Of a stretch of 64,000 nucleotides of DNA, positions 37,779 through 47,397 are shown one piece after another. The stretch lies in IMG/VR virus record IMGVR_UViG_3300030000_000004; one strand, written 5' to 3'. Position 1 is the first letter of the stretch. Each line of letters opens with the position of its first letter. The position numbers were made by a program, and so were the translations under genes. Origin of the DNA: an uncultured virus (IMG/VR IMGVR_UViG_3300030000_000004). Its lineage: Duplodnaviria; Heunggongvirae; Uroviricota; Caudoviricetes. Below the pieces are notes generated by a model. The model was not told the origin of the DNA and made no database searches. It was given only the letters and a program-made list of their open reading frames with translations.

Positions 37779-38060
37779 ATGAGTAAAAATTTAAATCGAC
37801 TCTGTGCCGGTATGAAGATGCTTGAGCCAACTGAAGGTAGAATCCGTAGAGATAACGGAGCTCTTGAACTTTGTTTAGCAAATATTTCTTTTGAAGAAAA
37901 AAATTTCGGTGCACATTTGATAGTCACTATCAATGATGATTATCCACTTATAGATTTTTGGCCTGGTACGGGTAAATGGATTGTACGAGGACATAAGTGG
38001 ACAGCATTAGGTATCGATAGTCTAATTGAATTTGTCAATATTCACAAAAATGAAGGTTAA
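37779..38060 (+). CDS. Hypothetical protein
   Basis: IDFWPGTGKW motif; TATAAT at 37754. Confidence 0.6.
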   Translation: MSKNLNRLCAGMKMLEPTEGRIRRDNGALELCLANISFEEKNFGAHLIVTINDDYPLIDFWPGTGKWIVRGHKWTALGIDSLIEFVNIHKNEG

Positions 38061-38063
38061 AAA

Positions 38064-38441
38064 ATGAATGATAATCTAAATGGGTATATCAAAATCCCAG
38101 CAATTACGTTGAAGTCTTTGATTGTTGACAAGCGTAAAAAGTTAACAGAATTCTTTGATAAAGAGACTGAAGAAGTTTGGGCAGAATGTCGAACTAAAAC
38201 ACGTTGGTCTTGGAAACAGTGGAAACAAATTCCACTAACTGATGAAGAAATTTTCAAACTGTCATGGGATGATTGGAATTATGCTGCTTGGTACAAGGGC
38301 AAAAAACTCAAAATCCAAGAATACTGGATGGCTCCACTAGAAGAAATTGCTGATTATGGAATTGCTAAATTTCCAACAGAGTTGATTCTTCTCGATTTCA
38401 AAACCTTGAATAGATTGATTGGTGATACAATCCACATGTAA
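38064..38441 (+). CDS. Hypothetical protein
   Basis: ORF in operon. Confidence 0.55.
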   Translation: MNDNLNGYIKIPAITLKSLIVDKRKKLTEFFDKETEEVWAECRTKTRWSWKQWKQIPLTDEEIFKLSWDDWNYAAWYKGKKLKIQEYWMAPLEEIADYGIAKFPTELILLDFKTLNRLIGDTIHM

Positions 38442-38640
38442 ATGTTCAAGCACATGTCAAAAGAGAGTTCAAGATTTTATACAATTTTGATCAATGAACT
38501 CTTATTAAATATTTACGCAGTACAGAATTTAGGTTATAATAGACATATCTGCCGAATGAAGACTAAAAATGATCTTCGAGAATGGCGAAAATATTTACCT
38601 GAAGTAATAGAACAGTACCAAAATGAAAAACAAATTTGAT

Positions 38641-39306
38641 TTATTCTTTATGCATCTTCAAATCTATGAATTCATTTAATCTCAAATGTATATTGTTATA
38701 ATTTGGTAGTTCTTTTTCTGTCACAATTTTAAATTTTTTTCCATAATGGTTTAATCCTGCTTCTATTTTCTCAATATTTAATGGAATCATTCTTGAGGGT
38801 TTTATTTCATAGATTATTTCATTATGACCTTCAAAATCTGGAAAATATGTTTTTCCAGATTTTAATTTAATAGATTTTTCTTTTCTCTCGGCACTTAGTG
38901 GAAGTTGATTGTGTTCTTTAAAATATTTTTCAAGAAAAGCTAATTCTAATAAACTTCTAAAATGTGTTCCTTTCCAAATGCCACCCCTACCTCGTCCACT
39001 ACCATTAGGTGATGGTTTTCCAAACATTGGATTGTTTATTCCACTATTCTGAATTGACTTTTGTGATTTTAATTTTTCAATTTTAAAATCAAATTCTTCT
39101 TTTGACATTGTTGTTTTCCATACTTCTTTCCAACTAGTACCAAACATTGGATTATTTTTACCACTCATTTTTGATGGATTTTCTGAATGCATCTTTTTAG
39201 TTGAACAAGATTTACACACATTGTTTAATTTTGTAGCATCATTAAAACATCGTTTATTTTTATATGATATAATATTACTACAATTAGGACATTGACGATT
39301 TAACAT
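38641..39306 (-). mobile_element. Inverted homing endonuclease (Zn-ribbon, NUMOD3-type NNPMFG repeats, PD-(D/E)xK domain)
   Basis: CPNC...CKSC; NNPMFG x2; FRSLLE...YFPDF...YEIKP; AGGAG RBS; minus-strand TATAAATA at 39333-39340. Confidence 0.75.
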
Positions 39307-39339
39307 TTTTGCACTCTCCTTGATATAGGATATATTTAT

Positions 39340-39927
39340 ATGAATTTTGATTTATTTTGGAAAAATTTTGCATCTAATCAATTAGCATTAGATATGAAAA
39401 ATACACATGAGAATAGTAAGTGGCACAGAGAGCAGAACACATGGGTTCATACTGAGATGGCACTTGATTGGTATAAATCTAATCTATTGAATAGTAGAAC
39501 AGAACACCAAAATTTGATTACGAAAATAGCAATAGGATTTCATGATACAGGGAAGCCTCCAGCTCAAGTCGTAAAGACTTCTGAAGAACGTGGTGAATAT
39601 CGTTCATATGCTGGTCATGAAGGTTTGTCAGCCCGTCTTTGGATTGACTTTGCTTATACCTATCCTGATGTTATTGAAGCATTGAGGATGTCTGTTAATG
39701 ATGTCCATTTTGTTGCTTACATCATCGAGCATCACTTGCCCTTTGATATGAAGAATGCTATGAAGCGTAAACGTCTTAAGGATGGATTGATCTCTCGTAA
39801 GGGTGAGATGGGTAACAGAATATTCCTCGATTTACTGTTGAGTGATCAACATGGTCGATGTGGTGATACTCAGGCTGACAATGAAAAGGAAGTTGACACA
39901 TGGATTGAAGAATGGAGCAAGGTATGA
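39340..39927 (+). CDS. HD-domain phosphoesterase
   Basis: WH.E...WVHT, FHDTGKP, Y.GHE..SA, HH, D..GR. Confidence 0.75.
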   Translation: MNFDLFWKNFASNQLALDMKNTHENSKWHREQNTWVHTEMALDWYKSNLLNSRTEHQNLITKIAIGFHDTGKPPAQVVKTSEERGEYRSYAGHEGLSARLWIDFAYTYPDVIEALRMSVNDVHFVAYIIEHHLPFDMKNAMKRKRLKDGLISRKGEMGNRIFLDLLLSDQHGRCGDTQADNEKEVDTWIEEWSKV

Positions 39928-40136
39928 TTCTTATTACTGCCCGTGAGAAAGAGATTGAATCATATTTTCATCGTCAATTAGCAGATCAAACATTGAAGGC
40001 TGAAGCTTTTGAAAGTCGACTTGACAATGCTAATCGTATGATTATTACTTTAACACATGAGCGAGCAGAAATTATGCGTCAATTGGATTCTTTGGGATTC
40101 CGTTTCGTTGAAGGCAAAATTGTTAAACACCCTTAA
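39924..40136 (+). CDS. Hypothetical coiled-coil protein
   Basis: ATGA overlap. Confidence 0.55.
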   Translation: MILITAREKEIESYFHRQLADQTLKAEAFESRLDNANRMIITLTHERAEIMRQLDSLGFRFVEGKIVKHP

Positions 40137-40177
40137 TGGGAATGTGATATAATATTCTTTTAAATTGAGGATTGAAG

Positions 40178-40696
40178 ATGAGCAAGATTGGTTATATTGT
40201 TGCGGGTGTTTCTGGTGCTGGTAAATCTACTTTTATCAAGCCTCTTCTTGAAGAATATCCTGGTAAAACTGTCAAGGTTTTTTCTCTGGATGATTGCCGA
40301 ATTAGCCTGTTTAAATCGGTGACTAAATGTTTGGATCTGTCAGATGAAGAAATGACATATGCGAAAGCTTTTGAGTATGCTAACAACAACCCCAAACAGT
40401 TTGATTCATGGGTGAATGAACATTGGGCAACTGCTCTTAAGGCTGATGTTGTGGTTGTTGATAACACTAATCTGACTGTTAAGTCTCGTGCTCGTTGGGT
40501 ACAAGATTTGAAATCGAAAAACTTTAAAGTGATCGGTGTTCAGGTTAATGTCCCACTTCAAGTTGCTATTGATCGTCAGAAGACTCGTGGTGATAAATGT
40601 GTTCCAGCAGGTATCGTTCGTGAGATGTACATGCGTCAACAGGAATTCTTTGTTGGCACAGAGGTTGATGAATTGATCAACGTTAAAGGGAATTAA
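40178..40696 (+). CDS. Polynucleotide-kinase-like P-loop protein (AAA_33)
   Basis: GVSGAGKST, SLDDCR, VVDNTNL....R, R...R....VP...V..M. Confidence 0.8.
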   Translation: MSKIGYIVAGVSGAGKSTFIKPLLEEYPGKTVKVFSLDDCRISLFKSVTKCLDLSDEEMTYAKAFEYANNNPKQFDSWVNEHWATALKADVVVVDNTNLTVKSRARWVQDLKSKNFKVIGVQVNVPLQVAIDRQKTRGDKCVPAGIVREMYMRQQEFFVGTEVDELINVKGN

Positions 40697-40919
40697 CAGT
40701 TCCCAGTTTATTATACCCCTCTTATGGGGTATAATAGTTCTACTTTAAACGATAGTGCAATGCTATCGTGGTTATGATGATTTTCGGAAGTCTTTAATTC
40801 TTAAGACTTTCTCCCAAGATGTAATTAAGCAAAGATGATTGCTACTACGTTGTATTTTAACGTGGGTTGATGCTGTTCCGAATTGGTTGAAAAACTGGTT
40901 AAAAACTGGTTGGGAAACT
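40688..40919 (+). ncRNA. Candidate structured RNA (six consecutive hairpins), unassigned
   Basis: Hairpins at 40688-704, 40709-736, 40749-769, 40786-811, 40828-843, 40845-865; G-U pairs form only on the + strand. Confidence 0.35.
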
Positions 40920-40926
40920 ATAAATA
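40919..40926 (+). promoter_or_regulatory. T4-type late promoter of gp32, followed by U-rich leader
   Basis: TATAAATA then ~60 nt of T-rich unstructured sequence before AGGAG. Confidence 0.7.
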
Positions 40927-40996
40927 AAATGTAACTTGTAACTTTTAATTTTGTTACTTTTTATTATCTTTGTTATTTTAATTTTAGGAGAATTTT

Positions 40997-41896
40997 ATGA
41001 GCGATACAAAATCCAAACTCGACGCCCTTAAGGCAGCTTTCGATAAAAAGACCACTTCAAATGGTGGCGGTGACCAATCTTGGAAACTTAAATATCCTTT
41101 CTGGAAAATGGCTGATGGAGCTACAGCAATTGTACGTTTCCTTCCAGACTTGGATGAAGAAAACAGTTTGGGCTTCTTAGTTGAAAGCCTACAACACGAA
41201 CTACACATCAATGGACAAAAGAAAGTCGTTCCTTGCCTTTCAATGCATGGTGAAGATTGCCCTATTTGCGCTCTTTCTCGTAAGTACTACGATGAAAAGA
41301 ATGATCTCATGGGTAAGAAATACTACCGCAAGAAATCATATATTGGTCAAGTCATTGTTATCGAATCACCAATTGAACACGATCAAGCTCAGCTTGTCAA
41401 GTTGATTGAATTCGGTCCAGCATTGTTCAAGCAAATCCAAGCAGCATTCCAATCTGGTGACCTTGAAAATCCTCCATATGAATTGATGGGTGGATACAAC
41501 TTCCGTATCAAGAAGACAAAGAATGGTGAGTACGCTTCGTACACAACCTCAAGCTTTGCACCAAAGATGTCTGATCTTGAAGACGACATTATCTCTCAGT
41601 TGAACTTGTTCAACCTTGCAGATTACCGTGGTACCAAACTTGATTATGCAACAGTTGAAGCAATGTTGGTTGCTGATCAAACAGGAAAAGCATTCAATGA
41701 TGCAGCTCCTGATGACCATGATGATGACACTCCTGCTCCTACCCCAACAGCTACTAAAAAGCCTGAGGCCGCAAAGGAACCAGTCGCTGAAGCTGAAAAG
41801 GAACCAGCAGCACAAGAATCTAGTTCAACAGCAACAAAATCAATGTCTGTTCTAGAACAACTCCGCGCAAGAGCAAAAGCTAAAGCAACCGAGTAA
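40997..41896 (+). CDS. gp32: Single-stranded DNA-binding protein, gp32 family
   Basis: A.VRFLP, H.....C......CPIC zinc site, GYNFRIKK...Y.TSSF, acidic C-terminal region. Confidence 0.9.
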   Translation: MSDTKSKLDALKAAFDKKTTSNGGGDQSWKLKYPFWKMADGATAIVRFLPDLDEENSLGFLVESLQHELHINGQKKVVPCLSMHGEDCPICALSRKYYDEKNDLMGKKYYRKKSYIGQVIVIESPIEHDQAQLVKLIEFGPALFKQIQAAFQSGDLENPPYELMGGYNFRIKKTKNGEYASYTTSSFAPKMSDLEDDIISQLNLFNLADYRGTKLDYATVEAMLVADQTGKAFNDAAPDDHDDDTPAPTPTATKKPEAAKEPVAEAEKEPAAQESSSTATKSMSVLEQLRARAKAKATE

Positions 41897-41906
41897 GCAT
41901 CGATAA

Positions 41907-41948
41907 GGGAAATGTTAGGATATTGAAATAGTATATTCTACATTTCCC
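41907..41948 (+). terminator. Hairpin / possible terminator after gp32
   Basis: gggaaatgttagga ... ttctacatttccc, imperfect stem. Confidence 0.5.
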
Positions 41949-41971
41949 ATTCACATCTCTAGGAGAACAAT

Positions 41972-43027
41972 ATGGCAGCATCATTATCTTTTCTAAAAGA
42001 TTTTAAGAAAAGCATAGCCAAAGTAGACACTATTAATAGTGGGTTAGGCGGTCCATCAAGTTGGATTTCTACAGGAAACTTTGCACTTAATCGAGCATTG
42101 AGTGGTAGTTTTAAAAAGGGAATTCCTCTTGGTCGATTAACTCTATTCGCTGGCCCATCTGGCAGTGGTAAGAGTTTCATCTCTTCTAATTGTATGAAGA
42201 GTGCACAAGATTTAGGTTTTCATTTGTTGGTTCTCGATTCTGAAAATGCTATCGACACTGAATATTTGACCAAAATCGGTATTGATACAAGTGAAGAAAA
42301 GTTGACTTATTTCCAAGTCACTACAATTGAAGACGTTAACAGAATCTGTTCAGACTTCTTCAGCAACTACATCAAAACTTATGGTAAGAATAATCCAGAT
42401 TCTCCACCTGTTTTGTTGGTCATAGATTCATTGGCTATGTTGAGCACAACAACAGAATTTGATAACTATGCTAAGGACGGAACTATCAAGTCTGACCAAG
42501 GTATTAGAGCAAAACGTAATAAGAGTATGTTACGTATGTTGGTTGGACAAATTGCTAGATTGCCAGTAGCAGGTATCTGTACAGATCACGTTTATCCACA
42601 AGACATCATGTTAGGTGATGGAGCCTGGGCTATTACAAACAGCACCAAGTTCTCTTGTTCAATTATCGGTCTAATCACCAAATTGAAATTGAAAGATGAA
42701 TCTGAAGTTATTGGTGTCAGAATGCGATTCGAAACCTACAAGTCTAGATTTGCTAAACTCGGTACCAAAATCGAACTTGAAGTTCCATATAGTTCAGGAA
42801 TGAGCCCATTCAGTGGTCTTGTTGATATGCTTATGGATATGCAAGTGTTAGTGAAAGATGGTCACTCAGTACGTTGTGATTTTCCAGATGGTACGAGCTT
42901 GAAATTCAAGCCTAAGGAAATCAATGAAACGATCTGTGAAAGATTATTTGAACACCCAAAGTGCAACCCAGTAGAAATGTCTGCTGAAGTTGTCGAAGAT
43001 GAACTTGAACTAGGAGAAACAGTATGA
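41972..43027 (+). CDS. uvsX: RecA-like recombinase
   Basis: STGNFALN..LSG, GIP.GR, GPSGSGKS, DSENA, VIDSL, KSRF. Confidence 0.93.
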   Translation: MAASLSFLKDFKKSIAKVDTINSGLGGPSSWISTGNFALNRALSGSFKKGIPLGRLTLFAGPSGSGKSFISSNCMKSAQDLGFHLLVLDSENAIDTEYLTKIGIDTSEEKLTYFQVTTIEDVNRICSDFFSNYIKTYGKNNPDSPPVLLVIDSLAMLSTTTEFDNYAKDGTIKSDQGIRAKRNKSMLRMLVGQIARLPVAGICTDHVYPQDIMLGDGAWAITNSTKFSCSIIGLITKLKLKDESEVIGVRMRFETYKSRFAKLGTKIELEVPYSSGMSPFSGLVDMLMDMQVLVKDGHSVRCDFPDGTSLKFKPKEINETICERLFEHPKCNPVEMSAEVVEDELELGETV

Positions 43028-43230
43028 ATACAGAAAATAATTACGGGCATAGCTTGAGTATTGAAGTCGTAACAGGTGGATTTATTTTGACATACCCAGT
43101 GTTGACTGGTGATGGTCTTGAAACCACGTACAGAGAAGTTTTTAGCTCAACACGCAAACTTCAAAATAAAGTGAAGGAAGTTATTGAACAGTTGAGCACG
43201 ACTCCTGAACCAGTCGCAGTAGAAGATTAA
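43024..43230 (+). CDS. Hypothetical protein
   Basis: AGGAG RBS, ATGA overlap. Confidence 0.6.
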   Translation: MNTENNYGHSLSIEVVTGGFILTYPVLTGDGLETTYREVFSSTRKLQNKVKEVIEQLSTTPEPVAVED

Positions 43231-43238
43231 AATCTTCA

Positions 43239-43496
43239 ATGAGTGATTTTCTAACATTTACTGCTAGAGCAAAAATCAAAAAACTAATTTCCAAACACCA
43301 ATGCATCTGTATCAAAATAATATTTGATAGTGTTGGTAGTTTGGAGTTTCGTTTTCTCTATGCTTCAGATTCAGACGATAGTGTTATTATTTGTAACAAC
43401 CCTTACGTTTCAACTGACATGCAAACCTTCACTGGATTGAAGGAAAAGTCGATAAATTTTAACTACGAAACTGACAATTTTGAAATCACAAAATGA
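43239..43496 (+). CDS. Possible degenerate HesB/IscA-like protein
   Basis: LTFT..A.IKKL ... V.TD......L....INF.....F.I pattern, without the IscA CGCG motif. Confidence 0.3.
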   Translation: MSDFLTFTARAKIKKLISKHQCICIKIIFDSVGSLEFRFLYASDSDDSVIICNNPYVSTDMQTFTGLKEKSINFNYETDNFEITK

Positions 43497-43954
43497 GCTT
43501 TATACTTACACTAGATGAAGATAAGTTAGAGGAAATTATTCCTCTACTTCCAAGATATGAAAAGAAGATTGCTGCATCAGAGCAAATCTTTAAGTTGGAT
43601 GGAAGACGCCTTGAAGAAGTTGCTCGCACTCTCCCTGCCCACCAAGCTTCTTATGATCAGTCTTATCAAGAACTGAAAGCATTAGAAGAATGGATCAACA
43701 ACATCAAAGAAAAACGAATCGGTAAACTTTGGAAAAAGTATTTAGAAGGATATCAGCGTACATTATCAACACGAGATATTCAAGCATACATTAATAGTGA
43801 AAAAGAAATTGTTGATTTGAATCAAATTATTATTGAGGTAACACTCCTAAAAAATAACACTTTGGCAATCGTTGAAGCGATCAAAAATCTAGGCTGGATG
43901 GTCGGTCATATTACTAAAATTAGAATTGCTGAATTACAGGAGACAATACTATGA
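43493..43954 (+). CDS. uvsY: Recombination mediator protein
   Basis: Helical 153-aa protein, KKYLEGY.R.LS.RDI..YI..E; between uvsX and uvsW. Confidence 0.7.
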   Translation: MSFILTLDEDKLEEIIPLLPRYEKKIAASEQIFKLDGRRLEEVARTLPAHQASYDQSYQELKALEEWINNIKEKRIGKLWKKYLEGYQRTLSTRDIQAYINSEKEIVDLNQIIIEVTLLKNNTLAIVEAIKNLGWMVGHITKIRIAELQETIL

Positions 43955-44199
43955 ATGATAAATTTAGTCCAACAGAAACTTTTATTATTGCTCCACAATT
44001 TTTTACCCCAGTCATCACTTTGCAATGTGGTAATTCCAAAAATAATTATAAATTTACTCCACTAGAAGATATAACACCTTTCGAACTATCTAAACTTACA
44101 ATTTTATTTATTACAGTTGGTAATAGTACTTCTTGGATGATCAATGTGACTAAATACCTTTTAGAGAACAACCTAATGAGACATTTTACTGTAGTCTGA
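43951..44199 (+). CDS. Hypothetical protein
   Basis: AGGAG RBS; F.P.EDIT..EL pattern. Confidence 0.55.
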   Translation: MNDKFSPTETFIIAPQFFTPVITLQCGNSKNNYKFTPLEDITPFELSKLTILFITVGNSTSWMINVTKYLLENNLMRHFTVV

Positions 44200-44239
44200 A
44201 TCCAGATTTCACCGTATAAAAATAAGTCTATAATTGTTA

Positions 44240-45004
44240 TTACAACATTTTAAAAGAAGGATCTTTTTTAATTTTGTGAATGTTTGTTTTTGTAATTGTT
44301 ACTGCATAATTTAAACTTCTATATTTTATTCCTAAATATTCAATAGGATGTACTCTAGGATTATTAATGATAGATTTTTCAATATGCTCTAAACTATGAA
44401 TTTTTCCTTTTTGTGCATTAGATGCTTTTTCTTTCCATTCGGGTGTTTGACGTATTAATTGTTGAGAAACAGACATCTTAGCTTTTGATTCTTTGGAATA
44501 TAAAAAACCTTTTCTTGATTCATTTCTATTAGTTATATGTTCGGCTGATTGTTTTTTACCCTTTGCTGAATTTTTAAATGCTTCTAAGTTGGAATTTAAT
44601 TTACCTTCTTTTATTGCACGCTTCGTTCCTTCACTTAATTTTTTACGATATTCATTTGAAAATATTTTATTAGAAGAACCTTCTCCACCATCTGTTAAAT
44701 TTGATAATGGTCCCAATCCTAAATCACTTCTACCATAAACGGCTATTAGTCTTTTTTCTTCTGTGAAGGCTTGATCTTCATTCTCAAATGTAGACAATAT
44801 TTTAATTATGGGTTCAAGGTTAGCTGATTTTATTTTTCTTATGATGTTTACTTTATGTTTATTAGTATCTTTAATTAAATGTGATTCAAACATGTGAAAT
44901 ATAGCTCTATTATTTTTTCCTTTACCAATATAAAAGGGTTCAAACCCTATATCTGAAAGCAATGATATTTTAAGTGGATTGAAATACCCATAAACATAAT
45001 ACAT
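44240..45004 (-). mobile_element. Inverted GIY-YIG homing endonuclease with NUMOD-type repeats
   Basis: YYVYGY...PFYIGKG...R...H, E..LI..YGR...GPLSNLTDGGEG; AGGAG RBS; minus-strand TATAAATA at 45028-45035. Confidence 0.8.
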
Positions 45005-45059
45005 ATTATTCTCCTATTAATCTATCTTATTTATAACACGGCTCAATTAATTAACAAAA

Positions 45060-46523
45060 ATGAAATGTACTTTAATAATACTCGATGAAGTTTGGTGCCA
45101 AACTAACGGACTCACACCAAATCATATTGAAATTCTTTATAAGAAATTTGCAATACATCCAGAAGGTTATTTTTTCATGCCACACTATAAGCTTGGGAGG
45201 TGGGACGGATTTATTCGATTCTTTGAAAAGACTGGTAAAACATCAACTCGTTTACTTGATGAAATTCTACCAATGCTGGAAGAATGGGGATATGATATTG
45301 AGTTGGTTGACAATCGACAACAGTTCAAATCTCCCAAAATTCCAGGAAAGATAACAAAGGTTGACAAAGATGGTATCGCCACTGAGGCAGAAGGTCTAGA
45401 TGTTTTCGGAGATGTCATGCTTGGTAACAAGCAATTCAAACTTCGACCATACCAACTCCAATGTGTTCAAGATGCTATTGAAGCCGGTTCTGGTACCATC
45501 ATTGGTGGTACTGGTATGGGTAAAACATCAGTCACTGCAACTCTATCACATCTTTATTCTCAAATTGGTTACAAGGTTATCACGATCGTTCCTTCTTCTG
45601 ATTTAGTTGATCAAACAGCTGAATGGTATGAGATGCTTGGAATGGATGTTGGTTTATATTCTGGATCCGATAAAGATTTAGATCATGGAAACATCGTTGC
45701 TACATGGCAAGCTATCCAATATAATCCTGGAATCTTAAAAGATTTTCAAGTTGTTATTTGGGATGAATTTCATGGAGCCAAATCAACTGTAGCCAAGAAA
45801 CTTCTAAATGAAGATGGTAAACATATTGCGTTTAGGTTCGGTGTAACAGGAACGTACCCTAAACCTGAAGTAGAAAAAATGTCTCTTCATGTTTCAGTTG
45901 GTTCAGTTCTTAGAGAGATTACTGCAGCATGGTTAATTGAAAATGGTTATCTTGCTAGAGTAGAAATTCAACCTGTTGAATTGATAGAACAAAATATCGA
46001 AGAAGAATTCGTAGATTATTCTGCAGAAAAAGCGTTTTTGTCGAAAAGTTTACCTAGAATGGAAATGATTGCAGATTTGATCATTTCCAAGTGCGCAGAG
46101 AAAGGAAACACACTCGTTCTAGTGAATTCCATTCCTTTCGGTCAAAAACTGGCATCACTTATCAAGGGTGCAGTGTTCTTATATGGTAATTCAGCAAAAG
46201 ATTTGAGAAAAGAACATTACCAAATGTTCGAAGATAACAATGATTTGATTGTTATTGCTTCTGTTGGTATCGCTTCTACTGGTATTTCAATTGATAGAAT
46301 TTTCTGTTTGATGCTTATTGATCCAGGTAAGAGCTTCATTAAAGCAATTCAATCTGTTGGTCGTTCACTTAGATTGGGACATGATAAGACAGAAGTTATT
46401 GTTATTGATGTCTATTCAAAATTGAAATGGGCAGTGAAACATTTCAAAGACAGATGCAAGTGGTATAAAGAAGCAAAGTATCCAATTCTGAAAACGATTA
46501 AACTGAAGATTAAGGGGAAATGA
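45060..46523 (+). CDS. uvsW: SF2 DNA helicase UvsW
   Basis: WDG.IRFF, LRPYQ, GTGMGKT, DEFH, G.TGT, STGISI, QSVGRSLR. Confidence 0.92.
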   Translation: MKCTLIILDEVWCQTNGLTPNHIEILYKKFAIHPEGYFFMPHYKLGRWDGFIRFFEKTGKTSTRLLDEILPMLEEWGYDIELVDNRQQFKSPKIPGKITKVDKDGIATEAEGLDVFGDVMLGNKQFKLRPYQLQCVQDAIEAGSGTIIGGTGMGKTSVTATLSHLYSQIGYKVITIVPSSDLVDQTAEWYEMLGMDVGLYSGSDKDLDHGNIVATWQAIQYNPGILKDFQVVIWDEFHGAKSTVAKKLLNEDGKHIAFRFGVTGTYPKPEVEKMSLHVSVGSVLREITAAWLIENGYLARVEIQPVELIEQNIEEEFVDYSAEKAFLSKSLPRMEMIADLIISKCAEKGNTLVLVNSIPFGQKLASLIKGAVFLYGNSAKDLRKEHYQMFEDNNDLIVIASVGIASTGISIDRIFCLMLIDPGKSFIKAIQSVGRSLRLGHDKTEVIVIDVYSKLKWAVKHFKDRCKWYKEAKYPILKTIKLKIKGK

Positions 46524-46981
46524 TGATTGATATAACTTCAGGAACACTAGACAATGATCCAAAAGGTGAATCAGGTAGAGGCACTAAATTTTGGATGGAG
46601 ATAAAAGTAGACGGTGAAGTCAAGAGGTATGAATATTTCTTGAAAGATTTACTTGATGGAACTTTTAACAAAGCTGAAATTTTAAATCCATTTGTCAAAC
46701 TTTTGAACGAAAAACAAAAAGAGATAAATGAAAAGCTAGAAAAAGATAAGAAGGAAACATTATCTAAACGTGCAGATAGTGTAAAAGTTCCAAATGAACT
46801 TGGTGAAATTATCAGAGATGTTCTTAACTCTTCAACAAAAATTATAGAACAATACAAAAATGGAAATGATAAAGTATTAAATTCATTAGTTGGCATGGTA
46901 TTATCCAGAGCAAAAAAGATGAATTTTGATATTGATGCATTTGTTGTCAATGTTGCACTTAAGAAAAGCATAGGAGAATAA
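46520..46981 (+). CDS. Protein with C-terminal GatB/YqeY-like domain
   Basis: II..VL......IEQYKNG.DKVL..LVG.VL resembles the GatB tail domain. Confidence 0.5.
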   Translation: MMIDITSGTLDNDPKGESGRGTKFWMEIKVDGEVKRYEYFLKDLLDGTFNKAEILNPFVKLLNEKQKEINEKLEKDKKETLSKRADSVKVPNELGEIIRDVLNSSTKIIEQYKNGNDKVLNSLVGMVLSRAKKMNFDIDAFVVNVALKKSIGE

Positions 46982-46982
46982 A

Positions 46983-47372
46983 ATGACTAAACTAGAAATA
47001 TTTAACATGATTGGATTTTTAGACTCAGAATCAAAGACCCGTATGATAAAGATTATAGGTCCCGCACAGGAGTTACAGATGTGTCCAACGTCATCTGAAT
47101 TGACCCCTGGAGAAGACCCAAAAAGTATCAAAGAACAAGTGGATGCTTTTTTCAAGGATATGAGTGAAAAGTTTTTGATTGTGTCTCAAAACATAAACAG
47201 AGAATTTTCAATTGATATAAATGAGTTGGTGAGTTTAGATGTAGCAATAGATTTTAACCTTGATAAAAATGATGAACGTGAAATGTATGAATTTGTGTTA
47301 GGTTTTTATAGATGGTGTGAATTGAGAAACTTAAGATCATTTTTGTGCACAGGATATCATTTAGACATATAA
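46983..47372 (+). CDS. Hypothetical protein
   Basis: AGGAG RBS. Confidence 0.55.
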   Translation: MTKLEIFNMIGFLDSESKTRMIKIIGPAQELQMCPTSSELTPGEDPKSIKEQVDAFFKDMSEKFLIVSQNINREFSIDINELVSLDVAIDFNLDKNDEREMYEFVLGFYRWCELRNLRSFLCTGYHLDI

Positions 47373-47397
47373 CTACATTAGAAAGTTAGATTATGAA

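Noticed and set aside
38442..38639. ORF as a confident gene
   Set aside because: No RBS or motif; contains a promoter-like aggttataat and ends at the endonuclease insertion, so it may be spurious or a remnant.
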